From Candidatus Zhuqueibacterota bacterium (GTDB lineage: Bacteria; Zhuqueibacterota; Zhuqueibacteria; Thermofontimicrobiales; Thermofontimicrobiaceae), in the NCBI GenBank assembly GCA_034505795.1, contig JAPDQM010000007.1, forward strand, positions 1,590 through 65,589: a stretch of DNA of 64,000 nucleotides. The letters are read 5' to 3'. Of the stretch, positions 39,938-50,101 are shown piece after piece. Below the pieces are notes generated by a model. That model saw only the letters and a program-made list of their open reading frames with translations, did not search any database and was not told the origin of the DNA. The first letter of the stretch is position 1, and each line of letters starts with the position of its first letter. The position numbers and the translations under genes were made by a program.

Positions 39938-40224
39938 TGCTCTAATCCCATTCACGGATCGGCTGCCCGGCCCAGGTTCCGGGCATAGGTCTCATCCTTC
40001 CCATTTCAATATGGGGCAGGAAATAATTGTGATTGGTTGGGGGACTTTTCCTGAAATCAATATAATAATAATTTTTAAAAAAGTCAAATGGGAAATTTAC
40101 TGTTTGTAATTTTTTTCCGAATTCAATTCGATATGTTTTTCGAACCGTAGCGTTTTCCGCAATGAGCCGGGCTGATTATTCAATAAATTAGCACCAATCC
40201 ACATCGTTTTTGCCCAGCGCTTAA

Positions 40225-40749
40225 TTACATTTTTGAAGCCGGAGGCGCCCAGGTTTCCAAAAATTGAAGTACGCGGCCGGGGTGATGACCTTTTTCACTA
40301 CTCTCCTGCGGAGTATACTCAAGACTGCCCGTTTCCTGTGTATGAAGCTGCGAACCATCTTTTTCCAGCACAACCAATACTGGAAAGCCATATTGAAATG
40401 GATTGCCGTATTTTTCATTCAAATCCAGGTTCTTATCCCGCTTCCCCACATCAATCATCACCAGAAGATAATTTTTTTTCAGTACCTGATGAATTGTGGG
40501 ATCGTCTTTCAATAAGCGATGCAAACGATGACACCAGATACACCAATTGCCACCGAACATGAGCAGAATTCGCTTTCCTGATTGCTGGGCAGTTACGATT
40601 GCGCGCTCAATATCCTCCTTGGCGATTGCCTGTTCATCATAGATTTTTTCCTGCATTATGCTTTTGGTGGCTGGTGCATCATTTTTGCCACAGCTCAGTA
40701 ATAGCAGCGCGATGATGGGTAGGATCAGGCATATTCGATTAATCTTCAT
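40225..40749 (-). CDS. thioredoxin-fold lipoprotein (CxxC: WCIWC)
   Basis: Signal plus lipobox LLLSCGKND. Trx-like ILLMFGGNWCIWCHRL. SD GGAGGT. Confidence 0.65.
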   Translation of the reverse strand: MKINRICLILPIIALLLLSCGKNDAPATKSIMQEKIYDEQAIAKEDIERAIVTAQQSGKRILLMFGGNWCIWCHRLHRLLKDDPTIHQVLKKNYLLVMIDVGKRDKNLDLNEKYGNPFQYGFPVLVVLEKDGSQLHTQETGSLEYTPQESSEKGHHPGRVLQFLETWAPPASKM

Positions 40750-40766
40750 TGTACCTCCGATATTGG

Positions 40767-41543
40767 TTATCTTGCACAGGTTTGCGCTCGGCCACCATCG
40801 ATACTATAGGTTACGCCGGTAATCCAGCTTGCTTTTGGCGAAGCCAAGAACAGAATCAGTTCTGCGATCTCTTCTGGCAGCCCAATGCGACCCAGGGGAT
40901 GAGTGGTCTTGCTATGTTCGAGAAAGGCTTGATAGGTCTGCTCATTCATTCCGCTATTTCGATGCAAATTGGTCAGGGTCACTCCGGGGTTTACTGCATT
41001 CACGCGAATCCCCTTCGAGGCCAATTCAAGCGCCGCGCATCGGGTCAATTGATCCACGCCGGCTTTGCTGACGCAATAGGCTAAAACATTGGGAAATGCG
41101 CGCAGGCCAGTGACACTGGATACATTAATGATATTTCCCTTGCGCTCGATCAGCGACGGCAAGGCATATTGCATCATCAAAAATACCGATCGAAGATTTA
41201 TACTCATCATATAATCCCAATCCGCAACTTTTGTGTTTTCGATATTACCGCTCGCAATTATTCCTGCGCAATTGATGAGTATATCGATGCCCCCAAATTT
41301 AGTCATCGTGGCATCAATGCAATTTTTGATTTGCGCTTCTTCTGTCACGTCTGCGACAACTGTGCCGATATCCGCCGGATCTGTTCCGATAGTTGTAACA
41401 AGAGTATGTAGCGCTTGCTCGTTTCGAGCCACTAACATAACCTTTGCGCCTTGCTTTGCAAACGCAATTGCGGTTGCTTTGCCGATCCCGCTACTGGCAC
41501 CGGTAATCAACGCGACTTTGTTTTCGAAATCTGAATTTGACAT
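40767..41543 (-). CDS. SDR-family NAD(P)-dependent oxidoreductase
   Basis: TGASSGIGKA Rossmann motif, NAG, catalytic YCVSKAGVDQL (YxxxK). Start moved to MSNSDFENK with GAGGAA SD. Confidence 0.85.
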   Translation of the reverse strand: MSNSDFENKVALITGASSGIGKATAIAFAKQGAKVMLVARNEQALHTLVTTIGTDPADIGTVVADVTEEAQIKNCIDATMTKFGGIDILINCAGIIASGNIENTKVADWDYMMSINLRSVFLMMQYALPSLIERKGNIINVSSVTGLRAFPNVLAYCVSKAGVDQLTRCAALELASKGIRVNAVNPGVTLTNLHRNSGMNEQTYQAFLEHSKTTHPLGRIGLPEEIAELILFLASPKASWITGVTYSIDGGRAQTCAR

Positions 41544-41580
41544 AAGAAACATTCCTCGATTTTCGATCACTAAATTCAAG

Positions 41581-42489
41581 CTATTTGAGAACTATTTGAT
41601 CATCCTGGAATTCAATCCCCAAATCCGTCAGCGATCGTTCCAACTGGAGTTTTTGGGCTTCGCTTAGATTTTGAAGCGGCGGCCTCACCGCGCTCTCTTC
41701 AAAACCTCGCAGATATAATATGAATTTGGTAGCAGCATGAATGGGCAAATCCTGCAGCAATTTCCGAACGGCAGACAAACGTTGTTGGGCGAATTTTCGA
41801 TAATCCGATTGCGGCACGGAACGGTAAACCTCCATCACCAACTCTGGCAAGCTATTCGTAATTGCTGTAATGCTTCCACCAGCGCCTGCCTCCAGCCCTG
41901 ACTCCAGCAGCGAGTCATTGCCCACAAAAATATGCAATGGTCGGAAGCTTTCGATGTAGCCGCGCGTGATATTCCACTCACCGGTCGAATCTTTCAGTCC
42001 CAGTAAATGTTTGAAGGCCATCAGCCGCTGGATGACCTCATGACCGATGGCAACCTGCGTATTTTGTGGCATGTTATAGAGAAATGCCGGTAACCGTGTC
42101 CGACTGAGAATTTCCCAAAAGTAGTCGATCAACCCAATGGTGGAAATATTTTTAAAATAGTAGGGTGCCGAAATGAGCAATGCGTCGGCGCCGATTTCGC
42201 TGGCGAAGTCACTCAGGCCAATGGTCTCGACGAACGAACAGGAGCCAGTTTGGGCAATGACTTTCAACTTGCCTCGAAATTTCATGACCCAGGAGAGAAC
42301 GTTTCGCCGCTCTTCAATCGCAAGAGAAGGAAATTCGCCGTTGGTTCCCAATACCACTACACCTTGAATGCCACGCGCGTTTAAGAATTCAAGGTGCTGC
42401 CTGATTAAATCAAAATTGATTGCCCGATCCTTCAGCGTAAATGGAGTTGGCAGTGGCGCAAATGCACCTTTAAACTGCTCGAAAATCAT
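41581..42489 (-). CDS. DapA/NAL-family class I aldolase (dihydrodipicolinate synthase family protein)
   Basis: The N-terminus, pattern GVVVLGTNGEFPSLAIEERRNVL and (beta/alpha)8 family length are as in the DHDPS/N-acetylneuraminate lyase family. Starts 2 nt upstream of the SDR stop. Confidence 0.7.
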   Translation of the reverse strand: MIFEQFKGAFAPLPTPFTLKDRAINFDLIRQHLEFLNARGIQGVVVLGTNGEFPSLAIEERRNVLSWVMKFRGKLKVIAQTGSCSFVETIGLSDFASEIGADALLISAPYYFKNISTIGLIDYFWEILSRTRLPAFLYNMPQNTQVAIGHEVIQRLMAFKHLLGLKDSTGEWNITRGYIESFRPLHIFVGNDSLLESGLEAGAGGSITAITNSLPELVMEVYRSVPQSDYRKFAQQRLSAVRKLLQDLPIHAATKFILYLRGFEESAVRPPLQNLSEAQKLQLERSLTDLGIEFQDDQIVLK

Positions 42490-43066
42490 GTCATCGCCTC
42501 ATTTGTTTAGCCGTGTAATTTAATACTTTTTTGCAAATAGTCAACAACTTTTTTCCAGCAATATGTTTATCCACCCCAACCCTAACAGCGCCTCTTAGCA
42601 AGTTGCGCGGTTAGGCATTCGTCTCGAGTCGAATTGTCAGCGATCGGTCTTCTTAAAAGACCAACCGCTTCACGATAATTTCAGCTAACAATTTTAAGAC
42701 TTCAAAATGAATTTAATGGAAGAAACGCTTTCAGCGAAGGAATCAAATTGTTTCAGCAACGAACAGTTGCTTGTATTCAGATACAATTTTGTATTTAGCA
42801 CAGACTGCAGCGTAGACTCCGAGCGACCCATGAGGCAATTTCATCGCCGGCTCAGATCGCTGGGACATGTCGTCGGTGCTGATAGTTTTTATTTTAATTA
42901 TGAGATGATCGGTGCAATAGAAAATTGCATGGATTAACGACCACTAAAAAAATGCAAACACCAGCCCAACACGGCATGGTATTTGCAAAAATCGCCCACA
43001 GATCAATTTCCTAAGATCGTATTCCCTCTAAATCGAGCAGTTGTGAATCAAGCAGGAGTATCACGA

Positions 43067-45955
43067 ATGAAACGAGTAATGTTCCCAATTTTGTGCATTC
43101 TTTCCGTGTTGACGGGGTTGCTGCCATTGAGCTATGCCCAACAGCCCTGGTCCGATGAGATATTTATTTCCCAGGGCAATACACCGGATTTGGTGATCGA
43201 TCCTTCCGACGGTCGTTTGCATCTTACCGTAATGACCAACAGTGGCGTAAAATATATTGTTACCAATTCAAAGGGTGCCATATTGAATCAAGAGATGGTG
43301 CCTAATACACAGAATGATCGAGGCCTGTGGAAGTTTGGTGCATCCTTAGCTATCGATAGTAAGAAAATGCCACATATCGGTTTTCGTGATAACGAATATG
43401 ATGTTGTCTACGATATTTATTATACCTACAAATCAGCGAGTGGTTGGTCCACACCTCTAAAAATCGCCGATAATATCTATCGTGGCTATATGGTTCGCCT
43501 GGCAGCGGATAGCACGGATCGCATCTATTTTGCGCATGGTGCAATTACCGATCAAGAAACGATTACCGGACCGGTTTATTATTATATCATTCAAAACAAT
43601 AAAGTCGTTTTGAAGCAGACCAATATCAACCAGATTCGCGGGGATGAACGTTTTGAAATGGATGCTACCCGAGCTGGCATTGTGGAACTCGTAACCAGTG
43701 ACTTTTCTTATCCGCAGGAAGGTGGTCCCATTTTTTATTGGCGATCCAGTGCTCCAGGCGGTCAGTTGACTTATCGAGGAGACATCCATGCCGATGATGC
43801 ACGGGGCGGCGCCAATGGCTCGACCGATTTATTTATCGATGCTACGGGCACTGTTCATGTCTGCTATGGGGCCGAAATCGATAATTCGGTGTATTTTCCA
43901 CCCACCGTACGCTATGCCCGAATTGAGAACGGCGTGAAAGTCCGCGATACCAGAGTCACAGTTAGCGGAGAACTCACTGGCTGGAAAATACCAGTCGGTG
44001 TGGCCTCAATCGCTGCCAGCGAGGACGGCACCAAGGTTGTCGTTGCCTATCTAAAATCCGAAACTGGCCCCTTGATGGCACGGCTATCCGAAAACAGCGG
44101 GCTGAGTTGGGGTGAGCCGATACGTCTGGCAGATGGATGGGATACCGCGGATGCTCGTAATAAACATATCGTTCGCGCTTACCGCAGTAACTTTTATGTC
44201 CTCTACCCCTCTGCCAGTGGGGTGAAGCTGCGACATTTGCGATTGACCCCCAATGAAGTGCCTGTCGCTAAAGCTGGAGGCCCCTATAGTTCAACCGAGG
44301 GGACCGCAGTGACCTTCAATGCTTCGACTTCAAGCGATCCCGATGGTGTGATCGTCAGTTACTATTGGGATTTTCAAGCGGATGGCACCTGGGATGATAC
44401 TACGAGCACGCCGAACAGTACATTTGTCTATCAAGATGATTTTGTCGGGAAGATGAGACTCAAAGTTATTGACAATGAAGATGCATTCGCAGTGGATAGC
44501 GCGATGGTTACCATCACCAATGTCGCCCCCAAAGCTGAAGCGGGTGGTCCTTATTCTGGCAAATGGAACACACCGATTCAATTTTTCGGCAGCGCGGTGG
44601 ATCCGGGAACAAGGGATGTATTGACTTATCACTGGGATTTGGATAACGATGGCATTTTTGAAACCATTGGCCAGAATCCTCAAAAAAGCTATGCCCAGGG
44701 GGAGCGGCACACGGTCTGGTTGAAGGCCATGGATGATGATGGTGGTGTAGGGATGGATTCTGCACTGGTTATCATTGCCAATGAGCCTCCGGTGGTCAGC
44801 CCGATCCCAGGACAGTCGATCATCAAGGGACAGAGCTTCGCACAAATTAATCTGGATGATTATGTTAATGATCCCGATAATCCGGATGACCAGATCAACT
44901 GGCGCGTCATTAACAATGATTATGTCAATATCAGTATTGCTGACCGAATTGCGAAGATTACGGTGAAGAATGCCCAATGGGTTGGCAGCGATACGGTTCA
45001 ATTCATTGCAACGGACCCTGGCAATCGCTCAGATACCTCAACAACAGCGTTTACGGTGCAACCTTCCAACCAGCCGCCGCAAATTGCTCAAATTCCAGAT
45101 CAGACGGTGCTGGAAAATGAGCGCTTTCAAGATATCAATCTAGATGATTTGGTCATCGACCCGGACAATGCTGACAGTGAATTGCGCTGGAGTGTTGTTG
45201 GCAACAAAGAGTTGCTGGTCACGATGAATAATCGACTGCTCCGTATTGCTGTGCCCGATTCTGAATGGCATGGTCAGGAAAAATTGACCTTTGTAGTCTC
45301 CGATCCAGGCGGTTTAAAAGATAGTACCCGCGCTATCTTCACAGTGATTGCACTGAACGATCCTCCGATTGTAACTCAAATTCCGGATCAAACCATTCTG
45401 CCGGGTGGAACTTTTGCAGCAATCAAACTGGATGAATATGTTTTTGATGCTGATAATCAAAAAGAGGAACTGGTCTGGTCAGCTTTCGGTGCTATTCAAT
45501 TGCAGGTCCAGATTATTAATCGCATTGCTACTGTTGTCGTTCCCAATCCAGATTGGTTGGGCCAGGAGACGATTATTTTCTATGCCAAAGACCCCTGGGG
45601 ATTAAGCGGCAGTTCTATTACTAACTTTGCGGTTAAGCAATCCACTACGGTGGATGCCGAAATGGGAAGCACACCAGTGGCTTTTGCCTTGCATCCCAAT
45701 TATCCTAACCCATTCAATCCGGAAACCTGGATCAGCTTTGATGTACCAGAGCCTACGGCAGTAAAAGTGGTGATCTACAATCGATTGGGTCAAAAAGTAA
45801 GAACTTTGGTGGATGAAACCAAACCAGCGGGACGCTATCAGGTTCGCTGGAACGGCTGTGATGACAACGGCCGGCGAGTATCGTCCGGCATCTATTTCTA
45901 TCAACTGGAAAGCAGCAAATTCAATGCAACCCGAAAAATGATTCTTCTTATGTAA
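43067..45955 (+). CDS. large secreted protein with PKD and Ig-like repeats and T9SS C-terminal sorting domain
   Basis: Signal peptide MKRVMFPILCILSVLTGLLPLSYAQ. PKD-type repeats (GGPYSSTEGTAVTFNASTSSDPDGVIVSYYWDFQADGTWD; GGPYSGKWNTPIQFFGSAVDP...YHWDLDNDGIFE). Four ~95-aa tandem Ig-like repeats (PPVVSPIPGQS.., PPQIAQIPDQT.., PPIVTQIPDQT..). C-terminus LHPNYPNPFNPETWISFDV. Confidence 0.7.
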   Translation: MKRVMFPILCILSVLTGLLPLSYAQQPWSDEIFISQGNTPDLVIDPSDGRLHLTVMTNSGVKYIVTNSKGAILNQEMVPNTQNDRGLWKFGASLAIDSKKMPHIGFRDNEYDVVYDIYYTYKSASGWSTPLKIADNIYRGYMVRLAADSTDRIYFAHGAITDQETITGPVYYYIIQNNKVVLKQTNINQIRGDERFEMDATRAGIVELVTSDFSYPQEGGPIFYWRSSAPGGQLTYRGDIHADDARGGANGSTDLFIDATGTVHVCYGAEIDNSVYFPPTVRYARIENGVKVRDTRVTVSGELTGWKIPVGVASIAASEDGTKVVVAYLKSETGPLMARLSENSGLSWGEPIRLADGWDTADARNKHIVRAYRSNFYVLYPSASGVKLRHLRLTPNEVPVAKAGGPYSSTEGTAVTFNASTSSDPDGVIVSYYWDFQADGTWDDTTSTPNSTFVYQDDFVGKMRLKVIDNEDAFAVDSAMVTITNVAPKAEAGGPYSGKWNTPIQFFGSAVDPGTRDVLTYHWDLDNDGIFETIGQNPQKSYAQGERHTVWLKAMDDDGGVGMDSALVIIANEPPVVSPIPGQSIIKGQSFAQINLDDYVNDPDNPDDQINWRVINNDYVNISIADRIAKITVKNAQWVGSDTVQFIATDPGNRSDTSTTAFTVQPSNQPPQIAQIPDQTVLENERFQDINLDDLVIDPDNADSELRWSVVGNKELLVTMNNRLLRIAVPDSEWHGQEKLTFVVSDPGGLKDSTRAIFTVIALNDPPIVTQIPDQTILPGGTFAAIKLDEYVFDADNQKEELVWSAFGAIQLQVQIINRIATVVVPNPDWLGQETIIFYAKDPWGLSGSSITNFAVKQSTTVDAEMGSTPVAFALHPNYPNPFNPETWISFDVPEPTAVKVVIYNRLGQKVRTLVDETKPAGRYQVRWNGCDDNGRRVSSGIYFYQLESSKFNATRKMILLM

Positions 45956-45962
45956 CAGCCAA

Positions 45963-46046
45963 TAGTCAGGGCCGTCCTCCTCCCTGACTATTCTATCCTG
46001 TCACATTTCCAGAGCCGGGATTCTTATCCCGGCTTTTTTATTTTTA
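45963..46046 (+). terminator. tandem hairpins after the PKD/T9SS gene; second is a canonical rho-independent terminator
   Basis: Hairpin 1 TAGTCAGGG-n10-CCCTGACTA (45963-45990). Hairpin 2 GCCGGGA-ttctta-TCCCGGC followed by TTTTTTATTTTT (46014-46046). Confidence 0.75.
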
Positions 46047-46346
46047 TTAAAACGCTGGGGTATAGCATGCAGGTATGCTTATTCTTCATGGGGAGCCTTC
46101 TGAATGGGCATCTTGATGAGATTTTTTTTCATTTTTTTAAAATTATTCTTGATTCTTAGCTGAAAATTCTTTATTCTTTAGGTTCAAATTGGGGCTGCTG
46201 ACTCTGGCGAGAGATTCTGGCGGATGATTAAGACATCATTCCGCTTTGGAAGCGAATGCAGGGGCAATGGCCAAAGCATCTGTTAAGAAGCATAAAAAGT
46301 CCCTATTCATAGCGGGACGCGAATCGATTAACGACAAGGCATCGGC

Positions 46347-47738
46347 ATGAAGATTCATTTTTTAGGAGCGACAAAAACAGTTACTGGCTCCATGCATATT
46401 CTGGAAATCAATCATCAATATATACTGGTCGATTGCGGCCTCTATCAGGGACGCCGCGAAGAAGCGAATGATCGCAATCGAAATTTGCCCTTTGCGGCTG
46501 AGCGACTGGCGACCATGGTCCTGTCGCATGCTCATATCGACCATTGCGGCAATATTCCTACCCTGGTAAAAAAAGGCTTTCAGGGAAAAATCCATACCAT
46601 CGATGCCACAGTGGAGTTGTGTCGTCTGATGCTGGCGGACAGCGGGCATATTCAAGAAAAAGATATCGAGTACCTGAACAAAAAGCGTCAGCGGCGCGGC
46701 GAAAGCTTATTAATGCCACTTTATACCCAGGCCGATGCAGAAGCGGCTATGGAATTTTTTCAGCCGCATGAATATCATCGACCGTTCCAATTGCTGGATG
46801 GCGTGACGGCTACGTTTTACGACGCTGGACACATTCTGGGTTCGGCGCTAACCAAATTTACAATTAAAGAAAATGGGCGCAGCTTCAATCTCGGGTATAT
46901 TCTGGACCTGGGTCGGAAGAATTTGCCCATCCTGCGCGATCCGGAGCAACTGGCCGACCTGGATTATGTCATCATCGAGAGCACCTATGGTGGCCGAATT
47001 CATGATAGTATCCTGGAAGTGGAAGAAAAATTAATTCAAATCATTCAACGAGCTATTGCTCGTAATGGCAAAATTATTATCCCCTCGTTTGCCCTGGAGC
47101 GCACTCAGGAAATCGTTTATTGCTTGAACAATTTATGGAATAGCAAACGAGTGCCACAAATTCCTGTGTTTGTCGATAGCCCACTTGCCGTCAATGTTAC
47201 CAGCGTTTTTAAAGAATATGAACAGTATTTTGACGAAGAAACGAAAGCGCTCATCAGGCAGAATGATGATCCCTTTGGATTCGCCAGGCTGAAATATGTC
47301 CGTGATGTGGAAGAATCGAAAAAATTGAACTCGCTGAAGGAACCCTGTATTATAATTTCGGCTTCAGGCATGTGCGAAACGGGCCGTATCTTGCATCATC
47401 TCAAGAATAACATTGAAAATCCTAACAACATCATTTTGATTGTCGGATTCATGGCGCAGAATACATTAGGACGGAAATTGGTGGAGAGATGGCCGGTGGT
47501 CAAGATCTTTGGTGAGGAATATCATCTAAATGCAGAGGTGGTAATTATGAATGCCTTTAGTGCCCATGCCGATCGCAATGATCTGCTGGCATACCTTCAG
47601 GGCACACAGAAAAAGCTGCGGCAGGCATTTCTGGTCCATGGCGAAGAGAAGCAAAGCCAACAATTGGCGGATGCCCTGGCCGAAACAGGATTCTCAAATA
47701 TCATTATTCCTTCGATCGGCGACACTTATGAAGTTTAG
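46347..47738 (+). CDS. MBL-fold beta-CASP ribonuclease (CPSF73/RNase J-like metallo-hydrolase)
   Basis: The N-terminus MKIHFLGATKTVTGSMHILE...LVDCGLYQG, HAHIDHCGNIP (HxHxDH motif) and a beta-CASP region. Confidence 0.75.
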   Translation: MKIHFLGATKTVTGSMHILEINHQYILVDCGLYQGRREEANDRNRNLPFAAERLATMVLSHAHIDHCGNIPTLVKKGFQGKIHTIDATVELCRLMLADSGHIQEKDIEYLNKKRQRRGESLLMPLYTQADAEAAMEFFQPHEYHRPFQLLDGVTATFYDAGHILGSALTKFTIKENGRSFNLGYILDLGRKNLPILRDPEQLADLDYVIIESTYGGRIHDSILEVEEKLIQIIQRAIARNGKIIIPSFALERTQEIVYCLNNLWNSKRVPQIPVFVDSPLAVNVTSVFKEYEQYFDEETKALIRQNDDPFGFARLKYVRDVEESKKLNSLKEPCIIISASGMCETGRILHHLKNNIENPNNIILIVGFMAQNTLGRKLVERWPVVKIFGEEYHLNAEVVIMNAFSAHADRNDLLAYLQGTQKKLRQAFLVHGEEKQSQQLADALAETGFSNIIIPSIGDTYEV

Positions 47739-47933
47739 CCTGAAGGCGCTGCGCGCATTTGGGTGCCGCGTGATTGCAAAAATTAAAGCCTTTTGTAGCT
47801 GGTTCCGGCTGAACAGTCAGTCCCAGCGCCACGCTGCTGGCATAGCTGGTACCTCAGGCTTATTCTGAAGCCTGGCATGTTGGAGGTAGACGTTCAGCTC
47901 GGCTAATAAATGTTACTCTGTGAGGATTCAAAA

Positions 47934-49025
47934 ATGAAAGTACCTAAGCGAATTGGAATCTTGACTGGTGGCGGTGATTGCCCCGGTCTGAATGCAGTCA
48001 TCCGAGCAGTAGTCAAAACTGCAGTGAATGATTATCATATGTCCGTGGTCGGTTTTCTGGATGGTTTTGAAGGATTGGTCGAGAACAAATTCATTAACTT
48101 GAGTTCCGATAATGTTTCGGGCATCTTAACACGTGGTGGCACCATTCTTGGTACCAGCAACATCGCCGATCCCTTCAATTATCGGGTTCTTGAGGGCGGC
48201 AAATACGAATACCGGGATCGCTCCGATCAGGCGCTTAAAACATACGAAGATCACGGCCTAGAAGCGCTGGTTTGCATTGGAGGTGATGGGACGATGGTGG
48301 TCTCTCATAAGCTGATGCAGAAGAAGATTCCCGTTGTTGGCATTCCGAAAACCATCGATAATGATCTTTTTGGCACCGATGTGACCTTTGGCTTCGATTC
48401 GGCATTGACGACAGCCACCGAAGCCATCGACAAAATTCACACTACGGCGCAATCGCATCATCGGGTGATGGTGGTTGAAGTAATGGGGCGCTATGCTGGC
48501 TGGCTGGCGTTATGTTCTGGCATTGCTGGAGGCGGCGACATTATTTTGATTCCTGAAATTCCCTATGAAGTCGATAGTATTATCGCCGAAATAAAAAGCC
48601 GCAAATATCGTGGGCGCTATTTCAGTATTTTGGTAGTGGGTGAAGGCGCCAAACGCAAAGGCGGTGAACTGGTAGTGCAGAAAAAAATCGATGGCAGTCC
48701 CGAGCCAATCAGGTTAGGAGGCGTAGGCCACAAAGTGGCCCGAGAGATTGAAGAAAAGCTCGATGTTGAGACACGCGTAACGATTCTGGGGCATTTGCTG
48801 CGCGGGGGCGTCCCCACGCCAGCCGATCGTTTGTTGGCCACGCGCTTTGGTTACGCGGCAGTCAAACAACTGGCACAAGGCAGCTTTGGCAAAATGGTCG
48901 CCCTGCGAGGCAATGAAATTGTCACGGTTGCTATCGAAGAAATTGCCGGCAAAACACGCACCGTGCCTCCGGACTCGCCACTGATTGCACTGGCTCGTTC
49001 CGTTGGCACATGTTTGGGCGATTAG
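47934..49025 (+). CDS. pfkA: 6-phosphofructokinase
   Basis: GILTGGGDCPGLNAVIRAVV, GGDGT, PKTIDNDL, MGRYAGWLAL. Confidence 0.85.
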   Translation: MKVPKRIGILTGGGDCPGLNAVIRAVVKTAVNDYHMSVVGFLDGFEGLVENKFINLSSDNVSGILTRGGTILGTSNIADPFNYRVLEGGKYEYRDRSDQALKTYEDHGLEALVCIGGDGTMVVSHKLMQKKIPVVGIPKTIDNDLFGTDVTFGFDSALTTATEAIDKIHTTAQSHHRVMVVEVMGRYAGWLALCSGIAGGGDIILIPEIPYEVDSIIAEIKSRKYRGRYFSILVVGEGAKRKGGELVVQKKIDGSPEPIRLGGVGHKVAREIEEKLDVETRVTILGHLLRGGVPTPADRLLATRFGYAAVKQLAQGSFGKMVALRGNEIVTVAIEEIAGKTRTVPPDSPLIALARSVGTCLGD

Positions 49026-49063
49026 CGGCTGAATGAAATAGCTGCCGGAAACGCACAATTTAG

Positions 49064-49095
49064 AACGGCGCAGAGGTGGCTGGCTCTGCGCCGTT
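49064..49095. terminator. perfect 12-bp-stem hairpin between convergent pfk and elbB (bidirectional terminator candidate)
   Basis: AACGGCGCAGAG-gtggctgg-CTCTGCGCCGTT, followed by a T-rich TTTGCGTTGTTG. Confidence 0.6.
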
Positions 49096-49115
49096 TGCGT
49101 TGTTGCCAAGCACGA

Positions 49116-49790
49116 CTATTTGGTCATCTCTAAAACTTTTAGCACGCATTTTTCGATGCCTCGGGCCACATGAGCAATCGTCGGACCCAACATATATGCG
49201 GGTGTGGAAACGATCTTGTTGACTTCATCGGTGACGATTTCGTCCACTTTTGCATTGACATGCTTCCCCCCCATTGACTCGATGGCGGCTGCGGTGGCAG
49301 AATCATTACCTATGGTCAATAGCGGATGATACGCAGCCAGAACTTTGGCGGCGATCACCGGCGCGATGCAGATGAATCCCATCGGCTTTTTTGCCTGGTG
49401 CAGCGCTAAGATCAATTGTTCGACCTCAGCATTCACTTTGCATTTGTCGCCATCCACGGCAAAGGTGCACAAATTTTTAGCTGCGCCATAGCCGCCGGGA
49501 AAAATAACTGCGTCAATCTCTTTCGGATCTACTTGTTTCAAACTTTTGATCTCTCCCCGAGCGATGCGAGCCGCCTCGATCAACACATTCCGCACTTCGT
49601 TCGCAGCGGGTTCGCCTTTCAGGTGGTTGATCACATGCATCTGTCTTATATCTGGTGCCATGCAAATGATGGTCGCTCCCGCTTGATCCAAGTTCAGCAG
49701 CGTAAGCACTGCTTCATGAATCTCTGCGCCATCGTATACACCGCATCCCGATAACACGACTCCGATTCGTTTGCGATTGTATAGTGCCAT
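49116..49790 (-). CDS. elbB: ElbB-like DJ-1/PfpI-family protein (glyoxalase III-like)
   Basis: KRIGVVLSGCGVYDGAEIHEAVLTLLNL is near-identical in pattern to the E. coli ElbB N-terminus. Conserved Cys in FICIAP. Confidence 0.8.
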   Translation of the reverse strand: MALYNRKRIGVVLSGCGVYDGAEIHEAVLTLLNLDQAGATIICMAPDIRQMHVINHLKGEPAANEVRNVLIEAARIARGEIKSLKQVDPKEIDAVIFPGGYGAAKNLCTFAVDGDKCKVNAEVEQLILALHQAKKPMGFICIAPVIAAKVLAAYHPLLTIGNDSATAAAIESMGGKHVNAKVDEIVTDEVNKIVSTPAYMLGPTIAHVARGIEKCVLKVLEMTK

Positions 49791-49941
49791 CGCCCATCCT
49801 CCTGATAATGATGTGCATTTTTTTAAAACATATTGGAGATTATTTCAAAATCCAGCCAGATAATTTCATCAATAATATAGCTAAAAGAGATTTTGCTGTC
49901 AACAAAAAAATTGGATTGCTGGCAAAAATAAAATATTTGAC

Positions 49942-49970
49942 TTGACAATTTGAGAATTTGGAGCTATATT
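49942..49970 (+). promoter_or_regulatory. near-consensus sigma70-type promoter (TTGACA, 17 bp spacer, TATATT) upstream of GH3
   Basis: Read directly: ttgaca(49942-47) att tgagaatttg gagc tatatt(49965-70). Lies in the elbB/GH3 divergent intergenic region. Confidence 0.5.
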
Positions 49971-50101
49971 ACCCAGCAAAAATTGCCTTGGGAACTTTGT
50001 TCGTGAAATAATTCACTCTGCTGGTCAATCTTACAGTGACAGCTAATACACTTCCTGACATTTTTGCCACCACTATTTTCAGTCCTGCAGGCGGAGGCAG
50101 C

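Noticed and set aside
44330-45001. 223-aa minus-strand ORF
   Set aside because: It is antisense to the PKD/Ig-repeat protein. Repeat-rich coding DNA commonly gives long spurious reverse frames.
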